From Candidatus Eiseniibacteriota bacterium (GTDB lineage Bacteria; Eisenbacteria; RBG-16-71-46), in the NCBI GenBank assembly GCA_963725865.1, contig CAVSAC010000010.1, forward strand, positions 544,001 to 608,000: DNA of 64,000 nt. The letters are read 5' to 3'. Positions 42,493 through 51,848 of this stretch are shown one piece after another. The position numbers were made by a program, and so were the translations under genes. The stretch's first letter is position 1, and every line of letters starts with the position of its first letter. Below the pieces are notes generated by a model that did not search any database, was not told the origin of the DNA, and worked only from the letters and a program-made list of their open reading frames with translations.

Positions 42493-43779
42493 GTGATCCG
42501 CCGCATCCTCTTCGTCGCAATCGCGCTCGCTGGGTCGTCTTGGGGCGCGTCCCGTGCGCTCGCCGTGACCGCCCGTGACCTCGGCTCCCGCCTGGTGATC
42601 GATGGCTACACCACGGACTTCACCGACGACGAATCGGTATTCGGCTTCAACGAGGCGGAGGACGCGCTCGAGGAGCCGATCAACGACTCGAAGTGGGGGT
42701 CGAACGACGACCTCAACCAGATCCGCATCACCTGGGACGCCCGCAATCTGTACCTCGCGGGCGAAGGTCGGATCTGGGACAACAACATGATGCTGTTCAT
42801 CGACAGTGTCCCATCCCTGGGGCTGTCGGATCTGACCGCCGTCAACTCCTGGCGACGCAACATCTACTTCGATACCACCTCGGTCGCGGCCGGCGGCGGT
42901 TTCGGCCCCGACCTCTTCGCGGCGACGTGGGATCGGAACACCAGCCCGCGACTGATCATCCGCGACGGGGAACGCCACGTCCTCGACCGCGAGGTCAGCA
43001 GCGGCCTGTACTCCGCCTCGGCCACGTTCGATCAGGGCAACAACGGGCGCTCGATGGAAGTGGCGATCCCGTGGCGCACCGTGTTTCTCGGCCCGGTGGG
43101 GCTCGGCACGCGCGACACCGTGATGACGGTCGACGGGGTGCGCGACACGATTCACATCTTCCCGCCCGGGACGAAGCTGAAGCTGTGCGGATTCATCACC
43201 GCCGGCGGGGACGGCACCGGCGGCCCGGACTCGGGACCGGACAACACGCGTGGCCTCTCGAACGACTCCGGAGTGGCCGCGTATCTCGACAACTGGGCGA
43301 TCATCGACCTGGATCGCCTTGACGACACCGGGCTCGGACGCGGCGGTCCGGACGGGGTCGCCGACTGGGGCGTCGAGCCGCGCTCGCGCGTTTCGTTCCG
43401 GTTCCGTCCGCCGATCAACGCCGACCTCAATTTCGGCCTGAGCGAGGTGAACCTCGACCGTCCCGCGTTCCGGCCGGACGCCGGCGAGCACGTCGGATTC
43501 AAGGTGGTCCTCACCCCCACCCCGGATCCGACGAACGACTTCGTGCAGATCTTCAAGATGCCGCTCAGCGCGCGGGTCTACGACATGCGCGGGCGGCTGG
43601 TGCGGACCATCCTCGACCACCAGTCCCGGTTCGCGCTCGCGATGGAGGATGCGGTCCTCGACCGCTGGGATGGACGCGACGACAACGGGACCATCGTGCC
43701 GCCGGGGATCTACATCCTGCGCACCACGATCGACGAGAACATCAGCCGGGCGACGCGACCGTTCGTGGTGGTCCGATGA
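42493..43779 (+). CDS. Secreted DOMON/CBM9-like protein with a C-terminal FlgD-like domain
   Basis: GAGG RBS + GTG, signal peptide; VIDG, ITWDARNLYL, MLFID, MEVAIPW. C-terminus VYDMRGRLVR...WDGRDDNG...PGIYI. Confidence 0.8.
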   Translation: MIRRILFVAIALAGSSWGASRALAVTARDLGSRLVIDGYTTDFTDDESVFGFNEAEDALEEPINDSKWGSNDDLNQIRITWDARNLYLAGEGRIWDNNMMLFIDSVPSLGLSDLTAVNSWRRNIYFDTTSVAAGGGFGPDLFAATWDRNTSPRLIIRDGERHVLDREVSSGLYSASATFDQGNNGRSMEVAIPWRTVFLGPVGLGTRDTVMTVDGVRDTIHIFPPGTKLKLCGFITAGGDGTGGPDSGPDNTRGLSNDSGVAAYLDNWAIIDLDRLDDTGLGRGGPDGVADWGVEPRSRVSFRFRPPINADLNFGLSEVNLDRPAFRPDAGEHVGFKVVLTPTPDPTNDFVQIFKMPLSARVYDMRGRLVRTILDHQSRFALAMEDAVLDRWDGRDDNGTIVPPGIYILRTTIDENISRATRPFVVVR

Positions 43780-44723
43780 GCCGGCGCCGCGGTCCGACGA
43801 TCGCCGGCGCGACGGTGCTCGCAGCCTTGCTGCTCGCGTCGCACCCGTCGCACGCCTACTTCGAGGAGTCCGCCACCGGCGCGCGCGGTGTCTCGATGGG
43901 CGGCGCCGCGATCAGTCTCATCACCGATGTCTCGGCCTATCACTGGAATCCCGCCGGCCTCGCAGCGCTGGAACAGGGCGAGGTCCTGGTCGACTTCGCG
44001 CGGCCGCACGGCGTCCCCGACCTCAACGAGGGGGCCATCGTGCTCGGCGCCCGGCGCTTCGGCACCGGGTGGGCCGCCGGCTGGCATCGCCTGTCGATCG
44101 CCGGGATCTACAGCGAGGACCTGCTCTGCCTCGCCGCCGGGCGCACGCTCGCGGCACGCCGCGACGGGCTTGCGCTGGCGGGCGGCGCGACGTTCCGCTA
44201 CGGGCGCGTCGGATTCCAGCCGTTCGACGAGCCGGGCACCGGCGCCACGATCGGCTACGGTTCCCAGGCCAAGGGCGATCTCGACGTCGGCCTGCGGCTG
44301 ACGACCCCCTGGCGGATCGACTTCGCGTGGGTCGCCCGCGACCTGCTGCAGCCGCGCTACGAATTCGTGGCGGGCAGCGGCGGTCAGCTGCAGCGCTCGC
44401 ACCAGGAGCTGGGGGTCGCGATGCGCTGGAATCGCGAGTCCACCATCACGACCGGCTGGTCCCAGGATGCCGCCGGCAACTCGAGCTTCAACACCGGGCT
44501 CGAGATCCAGTTCTTCGACGTGTTCGCCGTCCGCTCCGGGATCACGCACATCTCGGAGATCTACCAGACCTACGGCTCCGCGGACGACCTGCAGTTCGTG
44601 GGCGGCTTCGGCGTCTACCATCGGGGCTACTACGTGGACGCCGCCGCGACCACGAACCACGACCTCGGCGCCTCGTACCGGGTCTCGCTGCGCGTGCCGA
44701 TCGGCCGCGGAGGCCCGCGATGA
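43776..44723 (+). CDS. PorV/PorQ-like (FadL superfamily) outer-membrane beta-barrel
   Basis: GARGVSMGGA...DVSAYHWNPAGL hallmark motif; amphipathic beta strands; ATGA overlap with the upstream gene. Confidence 0.75.
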   Translation: MSRRRGPTIAGATVLAALLLASHPSHAYFEESATGARGVSMGGAAISLITDVSAYHWNPAGLAALEQGEVLVDFARPHGVPDLNEGAIVLGARRFGTGWAAGWHRLSIAGIYSEDLLCLAAGRTLAARRDGLALAGGATFRYGRVGFQPFDEPGTGATIGYGSQAKGDLDVGLRLTTPWRIDFAWVARDLLQPRYEFVAGSGGQLQRSHQELGVAMRWNRESTITTGWSQDAAGNSSFNTGLEIQFFDVFAVRSGITHISEIYQTYGSADDLQFVGGFGVYHRGYYVDAAATTNHDLGASYRVSLRVPIGRGGPR

Positions 44724-46306
44724 CAGTCCGCCGGGCCGCGCGCGGGCTGCTCGCCCTCATGCTGCTGCACTCGATCCCCGCCGCCGCCGCGACGAAGCTC
44801 GAAGGCGAGTACCAGCTGATGGTCGACATGTCGAAGCCGTTCCGGGCCTACCCGTGGGACTACGACAGCAACGACGGCAGCGTCGACGCCCCGACGCGCC
44901 TGTGGCTGTTCTCGCAGCCGCGACCCGGGATCGAGTCCTTCATGAAGGTCGAGGCGCAGTGGGACCGCGGCTCGAACTCGACGGCCCGGCCGGAGTTCCA
45001 GTACCGCGAGGCGCACCTGCGGTTCCGCCGCGAGATGGGCACCCGCGGGATCGACAGCTACCTGTTCTCGCGCCAGAACCGGTTCTGGGTCGACAATTAT
45101 CTCATCCGCTTCGTCGGCGACCGCGGCGATGCGCAGGGCGTGCGCGTGGAGAGCTGGGGATTTCTCGGCGCGAACGCCACGTTCATCGTCGGCGATCAGA
45201 GCAGCCAGCTGGATCCGCCGACGCTCATCAGCGGGTGGACCGGCAGCACCGGCCTGCCGCGCGGCTTCGCGCCGGTCGACTCGCTGGTGGGCCAGGCGAA
45301 GCAGCGCACCGACGACCTCTACGTGGGGCGCCTGCGCCGCGAGTTCCTCAAGGACCACGCGCTCCGGCTCGGAACGACCTGGACGCGCTCCGAGAACTGG
45401 ACCGGTCGCGACAGCATCAGCGGGCGTTCGCCCTGGAACAGCGTGCTCGGCTTCGACAGCCGCTACCGTTTCCGCGGCGCCGACTTCTCGCTGGAATTCG
45501 GCGTCAGCGGCCAGCAGATCGACGATCCGCCGGGCCGCGAGCTGACCTTCTTCCGCCGTTCGACCGGGATCGCGCTGCCGAAGCGCGGCGTCATCCGGGC
45601 CGAGATCCGCAGCCTCAAGCTCGGCACCGAGGGAATGGGGTTCCTGAGCGTGACCCCGCAATGGTGGGCCTACGGGCCGGCGTGGCAGAACAACCTCGGC
45701 GGGCCGAGCCGGAACGAGTCCGGATTCCTGGTGCAGTCCAACTACCTGCTGCCCGACCGCGCGGTCACGTACTCGAACCAGTTCACCGACTACACGCGCT
45801 ACGACGACAGCAAGCGCTTCCGCGAGGTCTACAACGAGCTGTACGTCGAGTTCATCAACGGCTTCACCGGCAAGACCGCCTACAAGCAGCACGACGAGTT
45901 CACGTACGTGGCGCGCCGTTCGCGCACGCTGGTCTTCCGCGAGCGCTACCTGTCGTGGATGAACGAGCTCCAGGTCGAGAGCCGGCTCGCCTGGCTCCGC
46001 GTGCAGACCAAGTCGCTCAACATCGGACGGCCCGAGGGCAAGCAGCTGTTCGTCATCGAGGACCGCATCAACCTCACCGAGAAGACCAAGATCTACAACC
46101 GATTCGCACTCGGCAGCGACCCGGCCCAGCTGCGCAAGGGCGTCTTCACGCAGCTCCAGTACCGGCCCACCGACCGCATGGAGATGTACCTGTCGTACGG
46201 CCCCGACTACATCGGCGGCGGCTCCAACCCGGTCGAGGACGGCAATCTCAGCGGCTCGGGCAATCAGGTCGACGAGATCAAGTTCATCCTGAAGGGGAGT
46301 TTCTGA
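44720..46306 (+). CDS. Uncharacterised outer-membrane beta-barrel protein
   Basis: Signal peptide AAA/TK; aromatic-rich alternating strands; ends IKFILKGSF (terminal Phe, BAM beta-signal-like). Confidence 0.7.
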   Translation: MTVRRAARGLLALMLLHSIPAAAATKLEGEYQLMVDMSKPFRAYPWDYDSNDGSVDAPTRLWLFSQPRPGIESFMKVEAQWDRGSNSTARPEFQYREAHLRFRREMGTRGIDSYLFSRQNRFWVDNYLIRFVGDRGDAQGVRVESWGFLGANATFIVGDQSSQLDPPTLISGWTGSTGLPRGFAPVDSLVGQAKQRTDDLYVGRLRREFLKDHALRLGTTWTRSENWTGRDSISGRSPWNSVLGFDSRYRFRGADFSLEFGVSGQQIDDPPGRELTFFRRSTGIALPKRGVIRAEIRSLKLGTEGMGFLSVTPQWWAYGPAWQNNLGGPSRNESGFLVQSNYLLPDRAVTYSNQFTDYTRYDDSKRFREVYNELYVEFINGFTGKTAYKQHDEFTYVARRSRTLVFRERYLSWMNELQVESRLAWLRVQTKSLNIGRPEGKQLFVIEDRINLTEKTKIYNRFALGSDPAQLRKGVFTQLQYRPTDRMEMYLSYGPDYIGGGSNPVEDGNLSGSGNQVDEIKFILKGSF

Positions 46307-48726
46307 TGCGATCACCCATCCTGGCCCGCGCCGTATGCCTCGTCTCGCTCGTGAGCGTAGGCCTGGCGATGTCCCTGCTCTCGCCGGCCCTCCCGGTCGC
46401 CCACGCCGCGCCCGAGAAGGCCGCCGACGGCATCCGCTTCACGTACACGGACCCGAACGCCGGGGCGATCGCGTGGGCGGGCGCTTTCAACAACTGGTCC
46501 ATGACCGCGAATCCGCTGGTGCGCGGGGCCGACGGGGTCTGGAGCGTCGTGATCCCGTTGCCGGCCGGGGACCATCCGTACAAGTTCGTGGTGGACGGCC
46601 AGTGGTTCGCGGACCCCGAGAACGGTGTCACCGCGGGTGCCGAGGGCAACAGCATCGTGCGCGTCGGCGCCGGCGGCGAGGTCGTGCGCCAGGCGGCGAC
46701 CTCGAACACGCCGTACAGCCCCAAGATCAACATCGGCGGGCGGACCATCTCGCTGTTCCACGAGACCTGGAGCCCGCGGTTCGGGCGCTGGGAGCTGACG
46801 CGGCCGATGTTCGACATCGACGTCGGCATGGACGTGCGGGTCTCCGACGTGCTGCGTGCGCATCTGCTGATGAACATCGATCCCGAGCGGGAGGACGTCC
46901 GCGACGACCGCAGCCGGCTCAACTTCAAGCGCGGCTCGCTCGAGATGACCCAGCGCGACCTGCGGATCACCGCGTTCGACAGCGAGAACATCGGCACCTG
47001 GGACGACCCCGCGCGGCTGGTCGGCGGCATCGGCGTGTTCGACCACCCGTACGGCTACCAGCGCCAGGGCGTGACCCTGTCGGTCCAGAAGCTCGGATTC
47101 GACTCCCAGTTCCTGCTCTCCGACAACTTCGACGACCGGAACAACACCAACAGCGACGCGTACCGCGGCTTCAGCATCGACAACTTCCCCACGTTCACGA
47201 TCCCGGCCGTCGAGCCGCAGTCGCGCACCAGCAGCTACAATCCGACCTTCGCATTCGTGGACGACTGGCTGTCGGCCTACACCGCGCTGGCGGGTCTCAC
47301 GACCGAGCGCGCGGGTTCCGGCTACCGGCTGATCCAGGACCAGACCACGAAGATCTCGAGCCTCGACTTCGGCGACAACGGCAAGCGGTTCGGCTTCGGT
47401 GACAACTACCGCAACACGTACGCCGCCCGCGTGCGCCGCCATCTCCCCGGCGGGCTCACGCTCGGCGCGCTCGGGCGCAGCGACCGCGGGTACGGATTCG
47501 GCCGTCTCACGCTGGCGGAGCCGCTCAGCGACAGCACCGCCCGCCTGCTCTCGCTGGTGGACTCGCAGGGCCGCCTGTTCTCGGGGGCGATGTACTCGCA
47601 GCAGTGGTTCGGCGGCGGCCTCGACGCGAGTCTCGACTGGAGTCCCACGATCCGGCTCTATGGCGAGGTCCTGCTCGGCGCGCGGCGGCTCAACTTCGTG
47701 AACGGCAGCGTGTCCTCGATCCTCGAGGCCGACTCCCTGCTCTCCACGCGCGCCGTGTTCCGCAACGTGGCCAGTGAGACCCGCAACATCGACGGCGATC
47801 ACCTCACGGTGGACCGCGGCGGGCGCTTCATCGTGGGCGGCTCCTGGACGTTCGCGAAGGGCGACGTCACGCTGCGCGGCTCGATCGAGCACCAGACCCA
47901 CCGCTACCCCGCGTGGACGCAGGCGCCGGTGGCGCCCGCCGGCCAGCCGCCTGTCAACCACCGGCGCTTCGAGACGGTCGACTACCAGCTCGGGTCGTAT
48001 CTCGGGTCCGACCGCGACATCGAGAACTCCATGACCGCGACCCGTCTGGCGTGGGACCGCAACTGGCGCTACTACCTCGACCGCGAGGTCAAGACCACGC
48101 TCGAGGTGGAGTGGGTGGGTTTCGACTACGACCAGCGCACCGCGTGGGAGCACCAGCTGTGGTTCCCGACCGGCAACTTCTGGCTCGAGAGCGGCCAGCA
48201 CCTGGTCTCGATCGACCGGCTGACCGTGCTCGGCGAGGAACACACCGTCCGCGTCAGGCCGCGACTCGAGGTGCCGTTGCTGCGCAGTCGCGACATGCGG
48301 TTCGTCTACCAGGGCACCCTCGCCGGCATCGACCTGGGTCATCGGCCCCGCTACGCGGAGTCGGTGCTCCAGTTCGGATTCGATCTCAGCCGCACGCTGC
48401 GGTTCAACTCGGACACTCGCTGGGTCAAGTACGATGCGCCGTTGCTCGCGCTCGATCGCGGCTTCATCAGCCAGTACAGCGAGGTGGTGCTGAAGTTCTC
48501 GCCCACCATCGAGCTGTCGCTCGGCCGCGGCGTCGACCCCGAGGTGCTGGATCCGAACACGAACGAGTACGGCCCGATCGGCCGCGACGTGTTCCTGAAC
48601 GACCGCAACGCGAACGGCTACTACGCCGAGACCAACTATCTCAGCCTGGCGCCGCAGATCCGCGGTGCCGAACAGGCGCTGCAGGATCTGCGCCGGTTCC
48701 AGCTCCAAGCCATCGTCCGCTTCTAG
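46306..48726 (+). CDS. CBM48/AMPK-like glycogen-binding domain fused to a putative outer-membrane beta-barrel
   Basis: TGATG overlap; signal peptide; AGAFNNWS...GVWSVVIPLPAGDHPYKFVVDGQWFADP; beta-rich remainder ending FQLQAIVRF. Confidence 0.78.
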   Translation: MRSPILARAVCLVSLVSVGLAMSLLSPALPVAHAAPEKAADGIRFTYTDPNAGAIAWAGAFNNWSMTANPLVRGADGVWSVVIPLPAGDHPYKFVVDGQWFADPENGVTAGAEGNSIVRVGAGGEVVRQAATSNTPYSPKINIGGRTISLFHETWSPRFGRWELTRPMFDIDVGMDVRVSDVLRAHLLMNIDPEREDVRDDRSRLNFKRGSLEMTQRDLRITAFDSENIGTWDDPARLVGGIGVFDHPYGYQRQGVTLSVQKLGFDSQFLLSDNFDDRNNTNSDAYRGFSIDNFPTFTIPAVEPQSRTSSYNPTFAFVDDWLSAYTALAGLTTERAGSGYRLIQDQTTKISSLDFGDNGKRFGFGDNYRNTYAARVRRHLPGGLTLGALGRSDRGYGFGRLTLAEPLSDSTARLLSLVDSQGRLFSGAMYSQQWFGGGLDASLDWSPTIRLYGEVLLGARRLNFVNGSVSSILEADSLLSTRAVFRNVASETRNIDGDHLTVDRGGRFIVGGSWTFAKGDVTLRGSIEHQTHRYPAWTQAPVAPAGQPPVNHRRFETVDYQLGSYLGSDRDIENSMTATRLAWDRNWRYYLDREVKTTLEVEWVGFDYDQRTAWEHQLWFPTGNFWLESGQHLVSIDRLTVLGEEHTVRVRPRLEVPLLRSRDMRFVYQGTLAGIDLGHRPRYAESVLQFGFDLSRTLRFNSDTRWVKYDAPLLALDRGFISQYSEVVLKFSPTIELSLGRGVDPEVLDPNTNEYGPIGRDVFLNDRNANGYYAETNYLSLAPQIRGAEQALQDLRRFQLQAIVRF

Positions 48727-48747
48727 CAGGGCCGCCGGAGGAGAAGC

Positions 48748-49155
48748 ATGCGAACCCGCACCTCGAAGTCCGTCGTGGCCCTCCTGGTCCTCGTGCTGGT
48801 GGTGGCCGGCTGCAGCTCGATGAACTTCATCAAGCGCCGGCTGCCCATGCCGACCCAGACGCCCGAGGGCGTGGTGTTTCGCTTCGTCGCGCCGTCGGCG
48901 AAGGTGGTGCAGCTGGGGGGCAACTGGCCCGAGAACAACTGGCTGAACGGTCAGGCCCAGAGCGGCAGCTTCCTGATCGGCGAGATGAAGGATCCCGACG
49001 GGGACGGCATCTGGGAACGGCTCGAGAAACTGCCGCCCGGGCGCTACCAGTACAAGTTCGTCATCGATCGCGTGAACTGGAAGGAAGACCCGAACAATCC
49101 GAACCGCATCGACGATGGCTACGGCGGATTCAACTCGCTGCTCGACGTGCGCTGA
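48748..49155 (+). CDS. Lipoprotein with a single CBM48/AMPK-like domain
   Basis: Lipobox VAGC; FRFVAPSAKVV, LPPGRYQYKFVID...DPNNP...DDGYGGFNS. Confidence 0.85.
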   Translation: MRTRTSKSVVALLVLVLVVAGCSSMNFIKRRLPMPTQTPEGVVFRFVAPSAKVVQLGGNWPENNWLNGQAQSGSFLIGEMKDPDGDGIWERLEKLPPGRYQYKFVIDRVNWKEDPNNPNRIDDGYGGFNSLLDVR

Positions 49156-49180
49156 GGTCGTGAAAGGACGCCGTGTCCCG

Positions 49181-50302
49181 ATGAGTCCACATCTCCCGCG
49201 CTGGTCTCCCCTCGTCGCCGTGGCCACCCTGCTGGTGGTCCTCGCGGCCGGCTGCGGACGCAATTCGTCGCACTCGCGCCTGATCCCGACCGGCCTGCGC
49301 CCGCGTCCGGCGGTGGGCCCCGGGTCGCTGGTCGGGACCGTGGCGTTCGACCCCGCGGTGGTGCCGGAGCTGGGCATCCCGCCGTATCCGCCCGTGCGCG
49401 TCGAGCTGCTGGCCGGCGACTCCCTGATCGCGGCGGATACGCTGCCGTCGGGCGTCTCCGAGTTCCAGTTCACGGGACTCCAGCTCGGGACCTATGCGGT
49501 CGCTGCCAGCGCGCCCGAGTTCGTGCGCACGTCGCTCCCGCCGGTCGCGCTCGGCGCGCGCGGCGTCGACGTCGGCGAGATCACGATGGGGATCAAGCCG
49601 ACCCTCCACGGCCGCGTGCTGTTCAGCCTCCAGCAGGCGCCGGAGCTGGCGAACCCGCCGTTCCCGCTGGCCGCCGTCGAGCTGTGGAACGACACCGCGC
49701 GCGTCGCCGTCGACTCGCTGGGCGCCACCAAGGACCGGTTCCGATTCACCCGCGTGGCCCCCGGCCGCTACACCGTGCGGCTGCGCTCGCGGGTGTTCCA
49801 GAACAAGAACGTGGGCCCGATCACCGCGCCGCGCGGCGACATCGACCTCGGCGACGTCGACTTCCCGATCGACCCCAGCAAGATCGCCAGCACCATGCAG
49901 GTCTCGGGCGACCTCAACGGGTACGACTTCGACGTGCCGTCGTACATGGGCCTGGCCTCACTCGGGCTCTGGCTCGGCCCCCGCCTGATCGCCCACGACA
50001 TCAACGGCAACGAAGTCGTGGGGGACTCGACGCTCACGCTGGCGCCCGGGACGTACCGCTTCCGGTTCATGGCCGAAGGCGATCCGAGCGGTCTCACCGG
50101 CTATGGTGGCGATGGCTCGATCGTCGACGTGCCGGTGAGCGCCGCACGCGCGTTCGTCGTCACCGGGGCCGGCAACGACATCCGCATCCGGGTCACCACC
50201 GCGGGACGCTATCGCTTCTTCCTCGACGAGCGTCGCGAGACGTTCGACGTGGTGAGCGTGCCGGGTCCCGGCGCTGTCTACGCGAGGAGACTCACACGAT
50301 GA
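49181..50302 (+). CDS. Lipoprotein with two carboxypeptidase-regulatory-like Ig domains and a SusE/F- or X25-like C-terminal domain
   Basis: Lipobox AAGC; FTGLQLGTYAV and FTRVAPGRYTV repeats; VSGDLNGY...LTLAPGTYRFRF...AGRYRFFLD. Confidence 0.6.
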   Translation: MSPHLPRWSPLVAVATLLVVLAAGCGRNSSHSRLIPTGLRPRPAVGPGSLVGTVAFDPAVVPELGIPPYPPVRVELLAGDSLIAADTLPSGVSEFQFTGLQLGTYAVAASAPEFVRTSLPPVALGARGVDVGEITMGIKPTLHGRVLFSLQQAPELANPPFPLAAVELWNDTARVAVDSLGATKDRFRFTRVAPGRYTVRLRSRVFQNKNVGPITAPRGDIDLGDVDFPIDPSKIASTMQVSGDLNGYDFDVPSYMGLASLGLWLGPRLIAHDINGNEVVGDSTLTLAPGTYRFRFMAEGDPSGLTGYGGDGSIVDVPVSAARAFVVTGAGNDIRIRVTTAGRYRFFLDERRETFDVVSVPGPGAVYARRLTR

Positions 50303-51748
50303 ATCCGAAATCCCTTTGCGCCGTGCTCGCGGCGCTGCTGCTGTGGTCGCTCCCCGGCTGCGCCGGCGGCTGGCGCAATGGCCCGCCTCCGGGCGCCGCG
50401 ACCGCGCAGGCCGTCGCGCCCGCGGCCCGGCCCGCGGCGGCGACCGCCCCCACCGGCACCCACGCGACCGCCGAGGGCGTGCTGTTCGTGTGGACCGGCG
50501 GCGGCAACAGCGTGAACGTGGCCGGCGAGTTCAACGCCTGGAGCACCTCCGCCGACCCGATGCAGAAGCAGGCCGACGGCTCGTTCACGCTCGCGAAGCC
50601 GCTGGCCGCGGGCCGCTACCCGTACAAGTTCGTGGTCAATGGCACCGACTGGAAGCCCGACCCGGGCGCCACCGAGTCCGTCGACGACGGCTTCGGCGGC
50701 AAGAACTCGGTCGTCGTGGTCGGCGGGGCCGGCACCGCGGCGACCGCCTTGCCGGCCGCCGCGGCGAGCGCTCCCGCCGGCAAGGCGACCCACGCCACCG
50801 CGGACGGCGCGTTGTTCGTGTGGAGCGGCGGCGGCAACAGCGTGAACGTGGCCGGCGAGTTCAACGCCTGGAGCACCTCCGCCGACCCGATGCAGAAGCA
50901 GGCCGACGGCTCGTTCACGCTCGCGAAGCCGCTGGCCGCGGGCCGCTACCCGTACAAGTTCGTGGTGAACGGCACCGACTGGAAGCCCGATCCGAGCGCC
51001 ACCGAGTCCGTCGACGACGGCTTCGGCGGCAAGAACTCGGTCGATCGTGGTCGGCGCGCAGGCGGCCACCAGCCTGGTGAGCGCGCCCGTGACACCCGCG
51101 GCGAGCGCCCCGGTCGCGGCGGGAGCCGGCACGCGCGAGACCGCCGACGGCGCGCTGTTCGTGTGGAGCGGCGGCGGCAACACCGTGAACGTGGCCGGTG
51201 AGTTCAACGCGTGGAGCACCTCCGCGGATCCGATGCAGAAGCAGAGCGACGGTTCGTTCACGCTGCTCAAGAAGCTGGCTCCCGGCCGCTACCCGTACAA
51301 GTTCGTGGTGAACGGCACCGACTGGAAGCCCGATCCGGCCGCCCAGGAGAGCGTCGACGACGGCTACGGTGGCAAGAACTCGCTCATCGTGCTGGCCGGC
51401 GGCGCGACCGCGACGGCCCCGGCGGCATCACCCGCTCCGGCGGCCGCGCCGGCCGTGGTGACCGGCAAGGCCAAGGCGCCGGCGCAGTCCGCCGCCGGCG
51501 TGACGTTCACCTGCGCGCAGAGCGCACGGACCGTGCACCTCGCGGGCGACTTCAACGGCTGGTCGACCACCGCCGACCCGCTCGCGCGGCAGAGCGACGG
51601 CACCTGGACGCTCACGAAGAAGCTGGCGCCCGGGGTGTATGCGTACAAGTTCATTCTCGACGGCACGACGTGGAAGACCGACGACGCCAATCCCGCAAAG
51701 CGGGACGACGGCTTCGGCGGCACCAACTCGGTCGTGACCGTGAAGTGA
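50299..51748 (+). CDS. Lipoprotein with four tandem CBM48/AMPK-like domains, split by a +1 frameshift at about 51043
   Basis: MNPKSL...LPGC lipobox; four AG(E/D)FN(A/G)WST...YKF...DDG(F/Y)GG(K/T)NS units joined by Ala/Pro linkers; span 1450 = 3n+1. Confidence 0.85.
50461..51385 (+). repeat. Three highly similar ~250-bp intragenic repeats encoding CBM48-like domains
   Basis: Units start at about 50461, 50791 and 51134 (periods 330 and 343 bp). Units 1 and 2 are nearly identical at DNA level. Confidence 0.9.
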
Positions 51749-51848
51749 TCGCCCGGGGCGGCCGCACGCGCGGCCGCCCTCTCGCGTGCGGAGCGGACCC
51801 CCTTTCCGACTCCGGCGCTTCCCCGCAGGCTCGAAGGAGTCCGGACGC

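Noticed and set aside
51035..51050. Programmed frameshift or phase variation producing 2-domain and 4-domain lipoproteins
   Set aside because: No slippery sequence or simple repeat tract, and the same kind of +1 defect occurs in sucB.
50461..51385. Direct repeats considered as a CRISPR array or mobile element
   Set aside because: The units are ~250 bp, in frame and encode protein domains. There are no short repeat-spacer units and no cas genes.
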